Shown one piece after another: positions 11,005-25,000 of a stretch of 64,000 nt of DNA (its first letter is position 1; the number at the start of each line of letters is the position of its first letter). The notes under the pieces are model-generated. The model was not told the origin of the DNA, did no database searches, and saw only the letters and a list, made by a program, of their open reading frames with translations. Origin of the DNA: Octopus sinensis. Taxonomy: Eukaryota. The position numbers and the translations under genes were made by a program. The stretch is from contig NC_043006.1 of the NCBI RefSeq assembly GCF_006345805.1, forward strand, positions 46,686,001 through 46,750,000, read 5' to 3'.

Positions 11005-13619
11005 TAATATATCTTTTTATATTAGACAATCGAGTGTGATTTGGGCATACTTTGTTGCTATTTCTAGTATGACGACTGACCACGTTTCGATTCTTTTATT
11101 GGCTTGTATAACACTGCACTCTCTCCAGAAGCAGAATTTTTGTTTGCATAATATCATTATGTCCCTGATTTTGTAAATTTATTTCTTAGACATAACTTAT
11201 GGACTGCTCTTTCTCCAAACTAGATCATTGCCTATAGCAATACGTCTTGTTGAATTGCAGCAAAATAATACTAATTAGTGATATAGATTAGAGGACTTGA
11301 GAGTATGTGTGTTACACTCCTTTCCATAATAGGAGACGCACACACATGAATATATTCTCACTTTGTTTATTAGCCATTAGCACTTGAAGTTAATTAGCAT
11401 TTTACTAACTTTGTATCCATTTACGTAGAATACCATTGTTTGAAGCTTAGTTATCCGTTAACAACAGCAAGTTCCATTTTCATAAATGGTTCGTATTTTA
11501 TTAGAAGGGGTGGCCCTTACCGAAAACATTATGTTTTGAATGAAAGTAGTTTATGAATTACGAAGTTTAAAATGGAGTGGGCTTAAATGGAAATCGATCT
11601 TGTGTCGTCGACACTGCTGTAGGAATGCTTACCGTCACATATGGTTGTTCGTACTCAGTGGATATAGTTAAACTGAATAAGCGAATATATGTGTATGAAA
11701 ACAATCAACACATGATACTTAAAGTTATTAATATATTATATTTGCCGTTGGACATTAACAACTTAATGTCTGTCATAAAATATATTGGTCTATACTGTTT
11801 CCTGTGGCGTCTCAAGTGGAAGAATGAGAAGTGTAACTAAATCATTTACTATTCTATGTAATATTTCAGGGTCGAAAGTTTAGCAAATATACATAGTTGT
11901 AACAGCTGGCGGTCTTCAATCAGATATGATTCGGAATTCCTTCACACCCAAATATAGGTATATTTTATATATTGCTTTGATTTGCATAGCTTTGCTTTTG
12001 TCAGCTATGTTAATCTCTAAGTTTTACAAAAGAGAATAAATCTATGTTTCCTAGCAGCAGGGGTTAAAGATTTTTCAGAAGAGGTATTATTATTTGTAGA
12101 ATACATCTTAGTTTTCTGTTTTAAGGGGGTGAGTTGGCAGAGTGGTTAGGGTGTTGTACGCAATATCTCACGGTATTCATTCCGATTTACTTAAAGATAT
12201 ATTGAAAAGTATAGTGAATGACTCAAATATTTAACTCACCATTTCCTTGTAAGCGTAAGGATGTATTATAATTCGTCAAGATCTGTAATGTCTTGAAATA
12301 ATTCAAACTATATTCTTGCAGAAAAAAGATGAAAACTGAATGTGGCAAACGAATTAAACTGACACGTACGTACTCACCCTGCACCACCATCTTAGGTACA
12401 ATCCATATTTCAATCAACAGTCAATAATAAGCTTCAAAAGGAGATAACATTCTCTTTCGTAACATGAGAAGGGAGCATCAAAATTCAAGGTATTGATATT
12501 TAAATCAGAATTAACGCAGCTGAAATTTTAAGTAGAACACTTTTTGTTTCATCAATTTAAAACAGCGTTTAAGCTGTGAGTTGCACGTTTTCATTTCTAT
12601 TGATTTTCACCTGCATGATACTTTTATAATATTGCAGCTGAACCGGGTGGTTGTTTAGATTGTAAGGAAGCGCACAAGATGCTTTGTGTTATGAGCATCA
12701 TGGCTAGCATATATGCACGCATATTCCATCAGGTCAATAATTCTTTAATCGTCAAGAAAGAAATTAAGATCACTGAATCAATATAGCTGCCAAGATCAAA
12801 ATACAAAACCACTTAGTAAGATGAAGAGAGAGACTTGAGCGATTTCCAGTTAAAGATATAGCGTACGGCACTAATGTATGATCATATTGCGCAATAAATT
12901 ATTCCGTATTTGGCCGGATTGCACATCAAAATCGATTTTTTTTCTTGCAGATTAAATGCCCTCCATTGACCATTGTCGCATTGAAAATGTAAAGGCGAGA
13001 AAGACAAACAACAAACAAAACACAAAAAAGGATCTATTTCTATAACAGTGAGGCGGGATACGCGAAGTATTTTGCTGACGTTTCCGGCAATTTTAGCGTG
13101 TATTATCAGCCATTAATTAGCTTTTGCAGTATCTCTGCATGCAAAAGTAGTTGTTTCAATGGGAAAGGTGTGTCTTTATTGGCCCTTTTGTACCCTTTTG
13201 CCTGCAATTGAAATTGACCACCGATTTTTTGAAGTACACCACGGTTTATTTCAAGGTATAAAGTTATATAATCCGTTGAAAGTTTCGAAATAAAACACTA
13301 TTAGCACTTGTAGATTATTCTGTCTCCGGGGCTAAAAGAATTCAGAAATGAGTTATATAACATGTTAGAGACAGAGGTAGTAATTTCTCTGTAATCTACC
13401 TGTATATTATGTGATGGAGTGATTGTAAGTCATTGCACATCGTCTTTCGAAAAGCAGAACAGGCTTAGTCCGGAAATGGTTCGATTTTAGCAAAATAGTA
13501 ATTGTGCCGAGATATATGATTTGAATTGCAGTGAATGATTGTTGTAGCGTAAATTATGCACATCGAAGGGCCTCTGACATTCATGTGTAATTAGAAAGTA
13601 TCTATCTTATAAAACAAAA

Positions 13620-14138
13620 TTTCATAGCTATACTTGCAGCAGTGCTTTAATTATGTGAGTATATATTTGGAAATATTATACAATATTTTCCAGTTCCTGA
13701 TTCTCTTTGAATCCGGTGTGAGTCGAAGGTTCACCCATTAACTATGTTTTCTATGGAGACACACTTCGCTAAAGAGTCAGTATATTAGAGGGGTTGTGTA
13801 ATTTGTCAGAAATCTTGTTATAAGGGTTGGAGTTGGAGATAAACTTGTTACTAAATTCGTTATTATCAGATATGATCATGACAGTATGTAATAACATTAC
13901 ATACCATGCCTTCGTTTGATTCCTTTACTACTGTTACGTATTTACGTTAAGGTCTAACGTAATATCTAAGAAATGGACTATGATTAAGTTAGGGGAAATA
14001 CTTATATGGAAGAGGAGCCCTTTGAATAGATCTAATATTTCTTTCGAAACCTGTTCAATGTGTAACCGGTTATATTCTGCGAGACTACGTGGCCATTGAC
14101 TTTGTGTGTCACTAAGAAAATGAATAGGTATTCTTCCG

Positions 14139-14178
<40 letters not shown>

Positions 14179-14264
14179 GAGAAAGAAAGAGAGTGAGAGA
14201 GAGAGAGAAAAAGAAAGAAAGAGAAAGAGAAAGACAATGTGTGTGTGTGTGTGTGTGAGTGTGT

Positions 14265-14300
<36 letters not shown>

Positions 14301-14700
14301 AAAATATGATACGAGATCGATTGAATTTGCACTGATATATAATTTTGGGAAGACCTTGAGCAGTAGGTTGTCCCACCTATTTCATACAGATGAAATTGTC
14401 ACGAATAAACAGCGAAATTCTAGTATATATTGTTTATCTTTATTATAGTCCCGAAGATTTATCACATGTAGAACTTCCAAAAGGAATGATTACGATATGG
14501 TTTGGTAAATTTTGACTTGAAGGAATTTGCAGATGGCTACTTTTCAGTGTAGAGGTAACAGGACTTCAATAGAACTACATTTCTATTGGTCATTCCAAGT
14601 CGCACTTTTGATATTAAGATCAATGGCGGTGAAAATACGTATGTTAAATATGTCCAATCCACTTTTGAAGAGGGCTTGTAAGCCGTCATTTGGAGTTCGA
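13620..14700 (-). mobile_element. Decayed Penelope-like RT remnant, interrupted by (GA)n/(GT)n
   Basis: The minus frame EQVSKEILDLFKGLLFHISISPNLIIVHFLDITLDLN matches the PLE 'IIKIFK..GL.ITI..NL..VNFLDVTLDL' block. Weaker upstream matches are IFNIRIFTAI (~FDIVDFYPSI) and KPYR.SFLL (~RKSFLF). Family motifs are from recall. Confidence 0.6.
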
Positions 14701-14964
14701 AAGAAAATTAAGCAATGCTCCTAGAGATGATTACATGATAGGAGATGCATGGGGCTTTGAGAGCGGTGTTTTCAGTTCAGAGTAACTTCTTGTCAATCGT
14801 TATGCTATATGATATTTTAAGTAGAGTAGTTAGTAATGATTTTCTTGTTGCAAATGTCACTGAATAAGAAGTGTATGTGCTCCAAATTCCGGGTATTGCA
14901 TTAAGCGTTTTATCGTTTGCTTTAACTCAACAGCCCACGCTATCTCACTTTGTATACATATGCG

Positions 14965-15240
14965 CATATATACGTATGTCGTAGTGGTTAGGGCGTTGCA
15001 CTCACAATAGCGGGATAGTGGATTCAATTTCTGCAAGGATAGGTGCATTGTGTTTTTGGGGAAATCACTTCAGTTACATTGTCCTGCGATCACCTCGACA
15101 GCTGTTGTGTGACACACCGTGCAAGTCTTCAGACAGCATCGATTTGATGGCGGGTGTGTGCTCGTGTACAAAGCATGTATTTCATTATTATAACCAAATC
15201 ATTTGTACAGACCCTTCAGCAAGAAAATGCAGAACCGCCT
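14965..15240 (+). mobile_element. Degenerate tRNA-headed SINE-like sequence
   Basis: gtcgtagtggttagggcgttgcac...ggattcaatttc (A/B-box-like), followed by gcattgtgtttttggggaaatcacttc. Confidence 0.45.
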
Positions 15241-15295
15241 ACCAGGGACTACGAGATACTTCCATCACACATACATACATACATACATACATACA

Positions 15296-15500
15296 CTTTT
15301 ACTCTTTTACTTGTTTCAGCCATTTGACTTTGGCCATGCTGGAACACCGCCTATAGTCGGGCAAATCGACCACAGGACTTATTCTTTGGAAGCCTAGTAC
15401 TTATTCTATCGGTCCCATTTGCCGAACCGCTAAGTTACGGGGACGCAAACACACCAGCATCAGTTGTCAAATGATGTTGGGGGGACAAACAGACACACAA
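15296..15500 (-). mobile_element. Family A SINE, 3' half
   Basis: Reverse complement of the 7690-7870 segment. Confidence 0.85.
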
Positions 15501-16749
15501 ATATATACATACAATACATACATACATATATACGTACATACCTGCATACATATATATATGTGTGCGTGTGTGACTTCTGGACACCTTAACCACGTAATCA
15601 CGCCCGTGCTATTTTAGTAATATATTTTCCTTCCCTCTAAACCTTTCCTCTTTCAGAACAAGAGCCATACTCGAAACATCACGCACCCTTCTTTTTTTCC
15701 ATCTTGATAGTAGGATACAAGGAAATCCATTCTTACGAACTATTTTAGTACAGAACCACACACATCGACGCATGGTCGCGGTCGTGCACTTGCACATAAA
15801 CGCGCACATAAGCAAGCTCAGATACACACACGCACACAAACGCATAAAACACACAAGACCAGATAATCACACGCATTCCTGTACACATATTACACATGCC
15901 CACATATGTACCCACACAAAGACATCCACAGATGTACACTTCACATTTATCATGAGAAACATCGCATTTTTTGCAGCAAAATCAATGCCAATATACGGAT
16001 GCCAAGATGCTGCAATTACCTTTCCTTTTACGAAGTCTGTACGGTTGTACGTGTGGGCGTTTAGCAGTTTCTCTTGATGAACGGTTCAGTTGTACTTTAT
16101 GATCATTCAAAAGAAATACAATAGAAAATATTAGCTGAAAATGCGTGCTTCCAAAGCCAGGCAGGAATTGAAATTCAGCCAGGAGATTAGGAATAAATAT
16201 GTAATCTTACTAATCGTCTTTCGAGCAGATATATCTTCGTTATTTGTAAAAGTTTTAGCATTCAATTACTTGTTCAGTATCTGCATGATTTGCCTCATTA
16301 CTACATGGGATTCATATGACTATTCACATGTAACAGGCTCTTGTAGTTTTGGTCTTTTTATATTATCAATATGCAGTTCACTCATTTGACTTATTCCGGT
16401 GGAGTGTCTATTGTCAACCAGTGCATCCATCAATATACAGGAGTGTGTAGCAGAAAGCGTCCAATTATTCTCAATGCGTCCCTTCTGTTTTCCTCGTCCG
16501 TTCGTTATACCACTGCCAAATTCTTATAGCATTTCATATAAATTACTATACTGCTCTATGATGATGGTTTTCGGGGATATGTCGATGACGAACGTTTATG
16601 AGAACAGTAAACGGAGATTTTCATGGAATTTTATATAAACGTAAGAAAGTATGTCTGTGTTTGTAAGCATGATATACATGTATATATCAAATGTATATAT
16701 CAGTATAAATAAATATATTTTATAAAAGTAGTATATATATATATATAAT

Positions 16750-16804
<55 letters not shown>

Positions 16805-17146
16805 AGGTATGTATACACACACACACGCACATATATATATATATACGGATAGTGACATACATTGCTTACTTGTTACTTTATAATATATCTAAATGAAACC
16901 ATGTTCAGCTCTGTAACTTGGGATATCATTTCCTGTAATTAATTATTTCTATAATTAATTTCTCTTACTTTTCCCTTCGTTTTTTACGTTCTCTTAGAAC
17001 AGCAAACAGTTACATGTCATGCACGCCTACACGCCTACACGCGCGTACATAAATGAATAAACATAAGTAAATCTGCACGTGAGAACGAGTACACAAATAC
17101 ATACCCGCATACGAACACCCACACATGTATACACCCGCACACGCGC

Positions 17147-17217
<71 letters not shown>

Positions 17218-17559
17218 GGTATGTATATATCTGTATATATATATATCTATGAGGTATTTTTTGTATAATATATATGTATATAATAGTAAGAATAAAATAG
17301 GAAAAGATATTTAAATAAAATCACTATGGTGCAGGACAGACAGTTTTAAACTTATATGGCGCCATAACACCCTGGTGATTGCTGGATACAGATTATAAAG
17401 AACAACCTTACACGTGAAAGGTGTAGGCCTGGAAGGGTTTTTTCTTCACCAGTGCAAAAAATTGCAGTAGGGAATAAGGGAAACCATTACTACTTTCCTT
17501 GTTTTACAAGTCAGCAAAAGAAAGGCAAAATGAAAGACATCTAGTAAATTTCTTAAGGG

Positions 17560-18230
17560 ACTTAAAGCAGTCAGATTCAATCATAGTATCATGGTGACTT
17601 AATTTGGAAATGAAAGTTTAGCTGAAGGCAACATGCAAATATGTCCACTGGAGTGTTTGGAAAACTTTGATTATAGATTAAGATTTTGTGATAAATACAT
17701 TATGTTACGATGTGGGATCTCGCTGTTATTTATTGCCTTTGTTTATGTTGTTCTTGCTGCCTTGTTTTTTTTCTTCTTCGAATTTTGTACACCTGGTTCT
17801 TATAATTAAACTCCGGATTGTAGCTTTCGTAAGCCAAGCAGTAACGTCGGACATGTTTTGAATTGAAGATTGCGTACACATTGTACATCAAGCGTGTACT
17901 ACAAGATAGGGACGATATAATGGTACAGAAATACATCCAATTGCATCAAGTTAGTGACAAAACATGGGGCCTCAATACAGGTAATAGAAAATGCTATCAT
18001 TCTTGAGAACTTCCTTCCTACCTTATCCATAGGGAATTGACTTCTTCCATATACATATATATACATAACATAAAACATCAAACTGTATACCAGAAAAGAA
18101 TACGGATATAAACGCATCCGGAAAGCATGATTAAATATAGAATAATCAGCATCAACTAGAAATTAACATACCAATTACGTAATTTCAGGCTTACGAGGGT
18201 ACCTCTCCATGATCGTTAAACTTATTAGAG
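17560..18230 (-). mobile_element. Decayed Penelope-like RT remnant
   Basis: Collinear degenerate motifs on the minus strand: MERYPRKPEIT*LVC*FL (~MGSYDGAEICELVGLFIL), DKVGRKFSRMIAFSITCIEA..VTNLMQLDV, and HKILIYNQSFPNTPVDIFACCLQLNFHF (~RKIIWFNPPFSKNVKTNIG..FL.LIDKHF). Confidence 0.6.
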
Positions 18231-19214
18231 ATAACGTGCAATTACTTTCAGATCACACCCTGCAGCGCTAATAAAACCAATACGAGATATTAAAAAAAGA
18301 AAGGATTGTCAAGACTTGAATTATTTGATCAAGTCAGATCAATCAGTGTCCATCTGCTGCTAACTTACTATAACCATATCAATAGACATACTAAGTTTAT
18401 ATAATTCTTCACAAAATTTGGATTGCTAATTTTGGAAGGCCGCAAATTTTCTATTAAGATCCTACAGCTTAAGAGCGCTTAGATCCTGTTGCAAGATTAT
18501 GCTACAGATGTAGCATAATACATGAAAAGGTCTAGTGTTAGACATCATAGTTTGCCAACATGTAAACGATACAAAGTTTGAGGAAAGATATCAACGACTA
18601 AGAGACTACATTTTCGTAATTGTTTATGGTAAATAGAAATGCCTATTGCTTTTGTGTAGCTTAAAATACAGATTTTGTTGTCACGTTGTGTTGCGATTAT
18701 AAACCAATACAATCTCCAGACAAGACACCTTTAAGTAAAATGAAACGGGTTCAAATGTTCTCTGGGAACGCAATGTTATAATTTTGACATATTACCATTG
18801 TACATTGTACAAGGAGAAAATCTATTGAAAGAAGGTCACATAACTAAATACTAGCCATAAATATTCAGGGTTATTGGGTTTAATACCTCGGTAAGCGTAA
18901 GACTATAATATCGCAGTTCAAAAATCAATGTTATAGTCTATGTATAACACATTTTTTCAGTTCATGGTTATGCTGAATAAAATAATTAGATATAATTTAG
19001 TACACTGTATTACTTCCATGTTTAGTTGAAGGGTAAGCTAATTTCCCCTTTTGTATGGTGTTTATATTCTCTGCTTGACGTATGCTGTGTCTATTAAATG
19101 AACCATTATATTAATCACATTTTGGTTATATTATTAATGTTAGCTTTTCAGATATCAGTTTTCAAATCGCTTATAATCATTTTATTGAAAATATGTATCC
19201 CCGTATTGGTCATT

Positions 19215-19792
19215 CTTTTCTACTTTAGGCACATGGCCTGAATTTTTAGGGAAGGAGTCAGTCAGTTAGATCGACCCCAGTATGCAAATGGTACTTAATT
19301 TATCGGCCTCGAAAGGATAAAAGGCAAAGTCGATCTCGGCGGAAATTGAATTCAGAAAGTATCGGCAGACGAAATATCTATTTCTTTACTACCCACAAGG
19401 GGCTAAACACAGATGAGACGAACAAGGACAGACAGACGGATTAAGTCGATTATATCTACCCCAGTGTGTAACTGGTACTTATTTAATCGACTTCGAAAGG
19501 ATAAAAGCAAAGTCGACCTCGGCGGAATTTGAACCCAGAACGCAGCGGCAGACGAAATACCTATTTCTTTACTTCCCACAAGGGGCTAAACACAGAGAGG
19601 ACAAACAAGGACAGACAAACGGATTAAGTCGATTACATCGACCCCAGTGCGTAACTGATACTTATTTAATCGACCCCGGAAGGATGAAAGGCAAAGTCCC
19701 CCTCGGCGGAATTTGAACTCAGAACGTAACGGCAAACGAAATACGGCTACGCATTTCGCTCGGCGTGCTAACGTCTCTGCCAGCTCGCCGCC
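19215..19792 (-). mobile_element. Family B SINE trimer (head + 3 modules + terminal tail)
   Basis: Head ggcggcgagctggcagagacgttagc at 19792; the ctcggcggaa anchor recurs at ~182-bp spacing. Confidence 0.85.
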
Positions 19793-20039
19793 TTGTACTT
19801 ATTTTGGTCATTGTGTTGTAACTAACTTCAGTGTAACTATAATTATATTTCTTACTGGAAGTGGTGGTTTCAACGTGTTTTTTCTGTGGTCGTTTAGCGA
19901 AAAATGTTCAAGCGACCAGAAATCACAAACAATATTGGATTGCTTTTAACAGATTTACATAGCAAGCTTAATATTTGAAAAAAGGTTAATAGACTGGTTC
20001 AGTAGGTTACAGTTACTTAAAACGTGTTACTCACGATGT

Positions 20040-20560
20040 TATTTTGACACCTGTGGAGTTTATATGTGTTTGTATCAAAGTCTGTGTTGGTATCAAAGTC
20101 TTCCCTTCTTTTACGCAACATGGCAATCATCATCATCATCGTCGTCGTCGTCGCCGTCAATGGAATTACCTGAATTCATATTTTCCCATTTATCTCCATC
20201 ATCATCATCATCGTCGTCGTCGTCATCATCATCATCTTCGTCATCATCATCATCATCATCGTCGTCGTCGTCGTCGTCATCATCATCATCATCTGATTAA
20301 GCATATTGATAATTCCATGTATCTCTCCTGCCTCATCCGTATCCTCCTCATTATAAAGTTTGGGATCTGAATATTTATTGTCAACTTGAGGATTAAAACA
20401 ATATCTATTCTCAACCCTATGGATAAGACCACGAATATCATAATTATACTCATTAACACAGTATATTGAAGAAAAAGGTGCAACAGAAGAAGCATTAGTG
20501 GAGCAACACGTCATCTAGATAAGATCTTGGAAACGTCGAACATATGCGTTGTCTCAACAT
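20040..20560 (+). mobile_element. Decayed Penelope-like RT remnant split by (CAT/CGT)n repeats
   Basis: ttt gac acc tgt gga gtt tat (~FDVTMGSY), gtc tgt g ttg gta (~VCELV), IRILLIIKFGI*IFIVNLRI (~IFK.FGL.ITI.VNLKI) and HSILKK. Confidence 0.45.
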
Positions 20561-21889
20561 CAGCTGAACGTCGCTTAATACAAACAATACTAAAAAATAA
20601 CAAAGAACACTAATTTATGTTGGAACTCCACTAGAAACTTTAAAAGGAGCAATAGCACCACCATAAATCACAGAAGATCCAGAGGCAGTGAATGTGACAA
20701 CTATTACAAATAAGCTTTTATAATTTAATTTCTGACAAAATTCGGGGCTACGACAAAAAAAAAAAAAAAAAAAAAAATTAAAGAGAAATCCCTGCAGTCT
20801 AGGTGAAAAGGAGGATCGAACCTGTAATAAAGCTGGGTGATCGAAATGAAAGAATTTTCAACCATTATCAAATTAAAGGTGAGAAGCGAAAAATTAGCAG
20901 AGCTTAATAAAGAATTTCAAGAATTCCACTTTGATCTTTCTCTCTTATATTTATTTTTAAATCGATTTATTTATTTATGTCTTTGGGAATTTCTGCTTAA
21001 TTTGATTCCAGGATATGGATTTATAGGTTTGGAGAAGAAATTATTCTAAAGGCGATGAGTAGTTTTTTTTATGCATTATATCACAAATGCATGTGCAACA
21101 TCCCAAAATGTATTTTACTTCGTGGATTTCCAGTATCTTTGAGCGAAGAACAAAATGCTTTACGGTATTTAGTTGTGATTATTTACGTTCTGAGTTCAAA
21201 TCATAGTCAAGTACTCAGTATCGATTTAACCCTTTTGAGACATACGGTGTTTTGGTATGTATAACCAAAAACACCAAACTCTTCCTTTTTTTCTGTTGAG
21301 ACTGAAATTGATGGGTACGTGTGTAAGAAAAAAATGATAAAGGGCCTAAAACTACTCTATTGGTATATAAAACTACATTTATTATATAGTTTTATATTAT
21401 ATGTACTGAAAGAATCTCCTTAATAGGGATGATATTTACGCTTCAAAATGTTTGTTTAATCGGGATGATGGATTGGGGTCAACTTCTTTTCAGCTTCTTT
21501 CACTTGGGCCGAACAATCGGCCCGGGTGTTACAAGAGGGTTAAGCAACACTTCATTCCAATTTTATGTTCTTTTTGAAGGTTTTATCCCTGAATTCCATT
21601 CCCACTACTTATCATTCAACCGCATATATTTACAAAGGCAGAGGCTTTTTTCTCATATTCTGAGGGAAAACACATGCCTAATATTTAAAAGACAGTAACT
21701 TGGCTGTTAGTCACTTTTATGATGTGGTGAATCCAGGTGCTAAGAGCTGATGCATCTAAATAGCAAGATGTCGAGTGGATCTCTATACGGATATAAAAGT
21801 CCTAGTGACTTCTGGGGATCATATAAAATTCTAGATTTGTGTCACTACGCGTGTACACAAACAAATATCATGATTCAAATTTTGTAGAG

Positions 21890-22225
21890 CAGAACACCAA
21901 ATTATTATAGTGAGCATTGCCCAAACGAGCTGAACATTAGTTTCAAGGTTCGTCCAAGGCTGGGACGACGCACCATACGTCCCCTACCCAACTCAGGATC
22001 ACAGCATATAGTTACACTGCAACATGATTTCTTTTCCTCAACAGGCCCTGCCCTGTTTAACATTGTTCAGAAAGTGATCAAAGAGGAAAAGTATCCCATC
22101 ACCTATAAACGGAGTCCGGACAGATTTCTTCAAGGAATACCGGATAAGCAACCCATATCTGGATACATCTCACTGAACAAGAACTCACTACTTGACAGGA
22201 CCATAAACAAATCTTGACTTAAACA
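21890..22225 (+). mobile_element. CR1/L2-type LINE ORF2 3' end fragment
   Basis: Open frame GSQHIVTLQHDFFSSTGPALFNIVQKVIKEEKYPITYKRSPDRFLQGIPDKQPISGYISLNKNSLLD matches the invertebrate CR1-group C-terminal signature (SF...GP.LFN.LP..FK..LD.FL..IPD.P..PGY....NSL). Confidence 0.75.
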
Positions 22226-22298
22226 GGATTTAGATAATCTTATCAGGCGTTGCTATTAAGTTAGACATGGCCTTGACCAATCTTTGGTCGAAACATTA

Positions 22299-22558
22299 AG
22301 AAAATATGGCAACATGTACAATTAATTTCCTATTATTATATTTGTTGAAAATACCTTTAATGGCAGTATGCCATTCGGAATTGTGAAATAAAGACTCCAG
22401 CCTGCTTTTAGAATGAATGCACATCTGATAGGCAATATTTTGTAACTCTGAAAATATTAGAATAGTGAACCTGTAGAATTTCAGGAAGGAACATTTGAGA
22501 AGTGAACGAAAGAACATAAATTTTTGGAAACGCGTACAGCTTGAGCTTTTGCAATGAA
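22299..22558. repeat. 260-bp dispersed duplication, copy 1 (partner 54182-54441)
   Basis: Manual alignment shows 7 substitutions and no indels. Confidence 0.95.
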
Positions 22559-23562
22559 TTGGATATATATATATATATATCTTCATTCATATATACTTAC
22601 GCACACAGAGACACACACACGCATATGTATAAATATATATACATACTTTTATGTGTTTGTCTTTTATTATCATATATGTTTTGGATTAGTTATACGGTTT
22701 TACTTGTGTGATGTCCGAGCTGATTGTAATAGAACTCGGATAGTATCCAATTTATAGTTCAGTAGGTCAATGTAACATGAAATGACATGCTTTGCTTATC
22801 AACACAACATGTCTCATAGACCGAGTATCGAAAGAATGGCGTTACAGGATTGGCACCTAACTACGAAGGTGTGAACATATACTGATTATACTTATGCATA
22901 CATTTGATTATACATATGTACATACACACGCACCCGTACACTACATAAACATATGTGTAGGTATGTATATATGTACATCCTCGTATGTATGCGTGAGTGT
23001 GTATATGTGTGTGTGTGTGTGTCACCATTCTTATTAGTCCCAGTATCCCATAATATTTGTATATTTATTACATTCTTGCTCGCTTACATTCTATCTCTGT
23101 ACAATGTTAAATTTAACGATATATTCTGCCCATAGATCAAAAAGATTACACCTATCCCCCTCCTCTTCCTCCTTCTCCTCCTCCTCCTCCTCCTCCTTCT
23201 TCTTCTCCTCCTCCTCCTTCTCCTCCTCCTCCTCCTCCTCCCCCTACTACTACTACTTATACAACGTTAGTATCTCACACCTCCCTTTGACTATCTAGAT
23301 GCAAACAATTAATTTTTACCTCTTCATTATGACCACATTATTTTAACTACACTGATTTGTATTCGAAACTACCACTCTAAACTCATCCACTGGAAGACCG
23401 AAATCATCTTCTAACAATCATTTGTTCCGCACTGTACATGAATGGTCGCTCTATTCCGCTTCAATTCATTCAAAGTCGTTTTTATCAATGCTTGATAAAT
23501 TCCCAGGGCGGTCGAAGCAGATTACAATCTGTAGCATACTTTTTAAATAAAAGTATCTGTAA

Positions 23563-23628
<66 letters not shown>

Positions 23629-24732
23629 TATATATATATAATATATATATATATATTAGTGGAACGGAATGCGGTAGGTGCATGGTGCATGGCAAATTAA
23701 TTTATAAGATTGCGCTTCTTAATAGAATTTATGTTAAACTCCCTTAGCCACGTGATCCGGTTGTGGCAGATGCATATACCATTGAGCTACGACGTACATC
23801 TAGTATAAGAGAATATATAGGATGAAGGTATTTGGCATTTCGTCTATCTGTTAAGCATTACGAACTTTCCAGCGATCGATAGTCCTCATCGATCAATAAA
23901 TCCGAAATTATAAATTATAAGTTATAAAATATATTTGATCAGATCAATTAAAAGACGAGATCTTCAGAAAGAGGAAATACAAAGAAATACAAGTAAGTGG
24001 CGTACTGTAGTTCCCGCGAAATATGTATCATTTCGAGCGGGAAGGATGACGGGTTGAGGAATTTGAAGTGTTGAGCAGTTTAAAGAGGTATAATTAACGA
24101 TATAAGTAATAACAAAATGGAAAACACGGGCGTAGGTAATGATTTGGAGTCGTCACAAAATACACAAATCGAGGTCAGGGAACACTCTCAACTGGACGTA
24201 CAAGAGACAAGAAACAGGATAAGAGGGAAATCGGGTTCACGATGAGACAATTTAGTGCAGAAAGATTGATTTTAAGTGCAAAACGTTTTTTAGGGGCACT
24301 AAGATAGCAAGGATCGGTTGAGGCCTGATGGATATTATTGGGCGGAAGGAAATAGGTTTGGGCGCCTGCTATTAATGGCTGACACGACAGTTGAGTTGTT
24401 TTCAATCACGAGTATACAAAGACACAGATATAAGTATTAAACAAAGTATAAACATAATAAGCATTAAAAGACATATGTTTTCTAAATAAGCGTACAACTC
24501 CATAATATTTAGCTAATTCACCATCCCCGAATGAATTGATAATCTTACTTCAATTCTATGCTATCCAATTTGCCTCGAAATTTAATTTCTGCTTCCTTTT
24601 AGTTCATCTGGTGTTCCATATTCATTATGAATCCATCAGTCTACTTATAGAGATTTTCGTTAGATTCACAGAGATCAAGAAGATACCGTAAAATTAACGA
24701 TTTATAACGAAATTATTAACTAATTAAGTTTT

Positions 24733-25000
24733 TATCGCGGCATCATCCAGTCAGTCTGATGGCCCGGGCCAACCTGACTACTTCTCTCCATCCCTCCCGA
24801 TCTTCCATTAGTGATTTTAGGTCTTAAACTTGGCACCCAGCATCTTCTGCAAACTGTTGTATATACGTCTTCGTGGTCTTCCAGCTGCCGTGACACCACG
24901 ATTTGGTGTCCACAGTCACACATTACTCACAAGTTCTTCTTTACTTCTCCAGCAATGGCCAGCAAACCTCAATCTCTGCTCTTGGACGGTTGATAAGAGA
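24733..25000 (-). mobile_element. RTE-clade LINE 3' end
   Basis: The minus strand reads QEQRLRFAGHCWRSKEELVSNV*LWTP....GRPR, then LMEDREGWREVVRLARAIRLTG and a tgatgatg tail. Confidence 0.8.

Noticed and set aside
11870-12420. Exon-like segments with AG/GT boundaries (11870-11957 +; 12240-12380 -)
   Set aside because: There are stop codons or no recognisable peptide, and no consistent multi-exon reading frame could be assembled.
13074-13112. Minus-strand ctgataa...ccggaaacgtcagc hammerhead-like words (also 36040-36085)
   Set aside because: The core is mutated and stem I or stem II does not form, so they are too degenerate to call.
23941-23993. Possible micro-exon (DQLKDEIFRKRKYKEIQ|gtaagt); similar candidates at 35401-35446 and 38096-38175
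   Set aside because: They are short, open in more than one frame, have weak acceptors and no homology I can recognise; such hits are expected by chance in AT-rich DNA.
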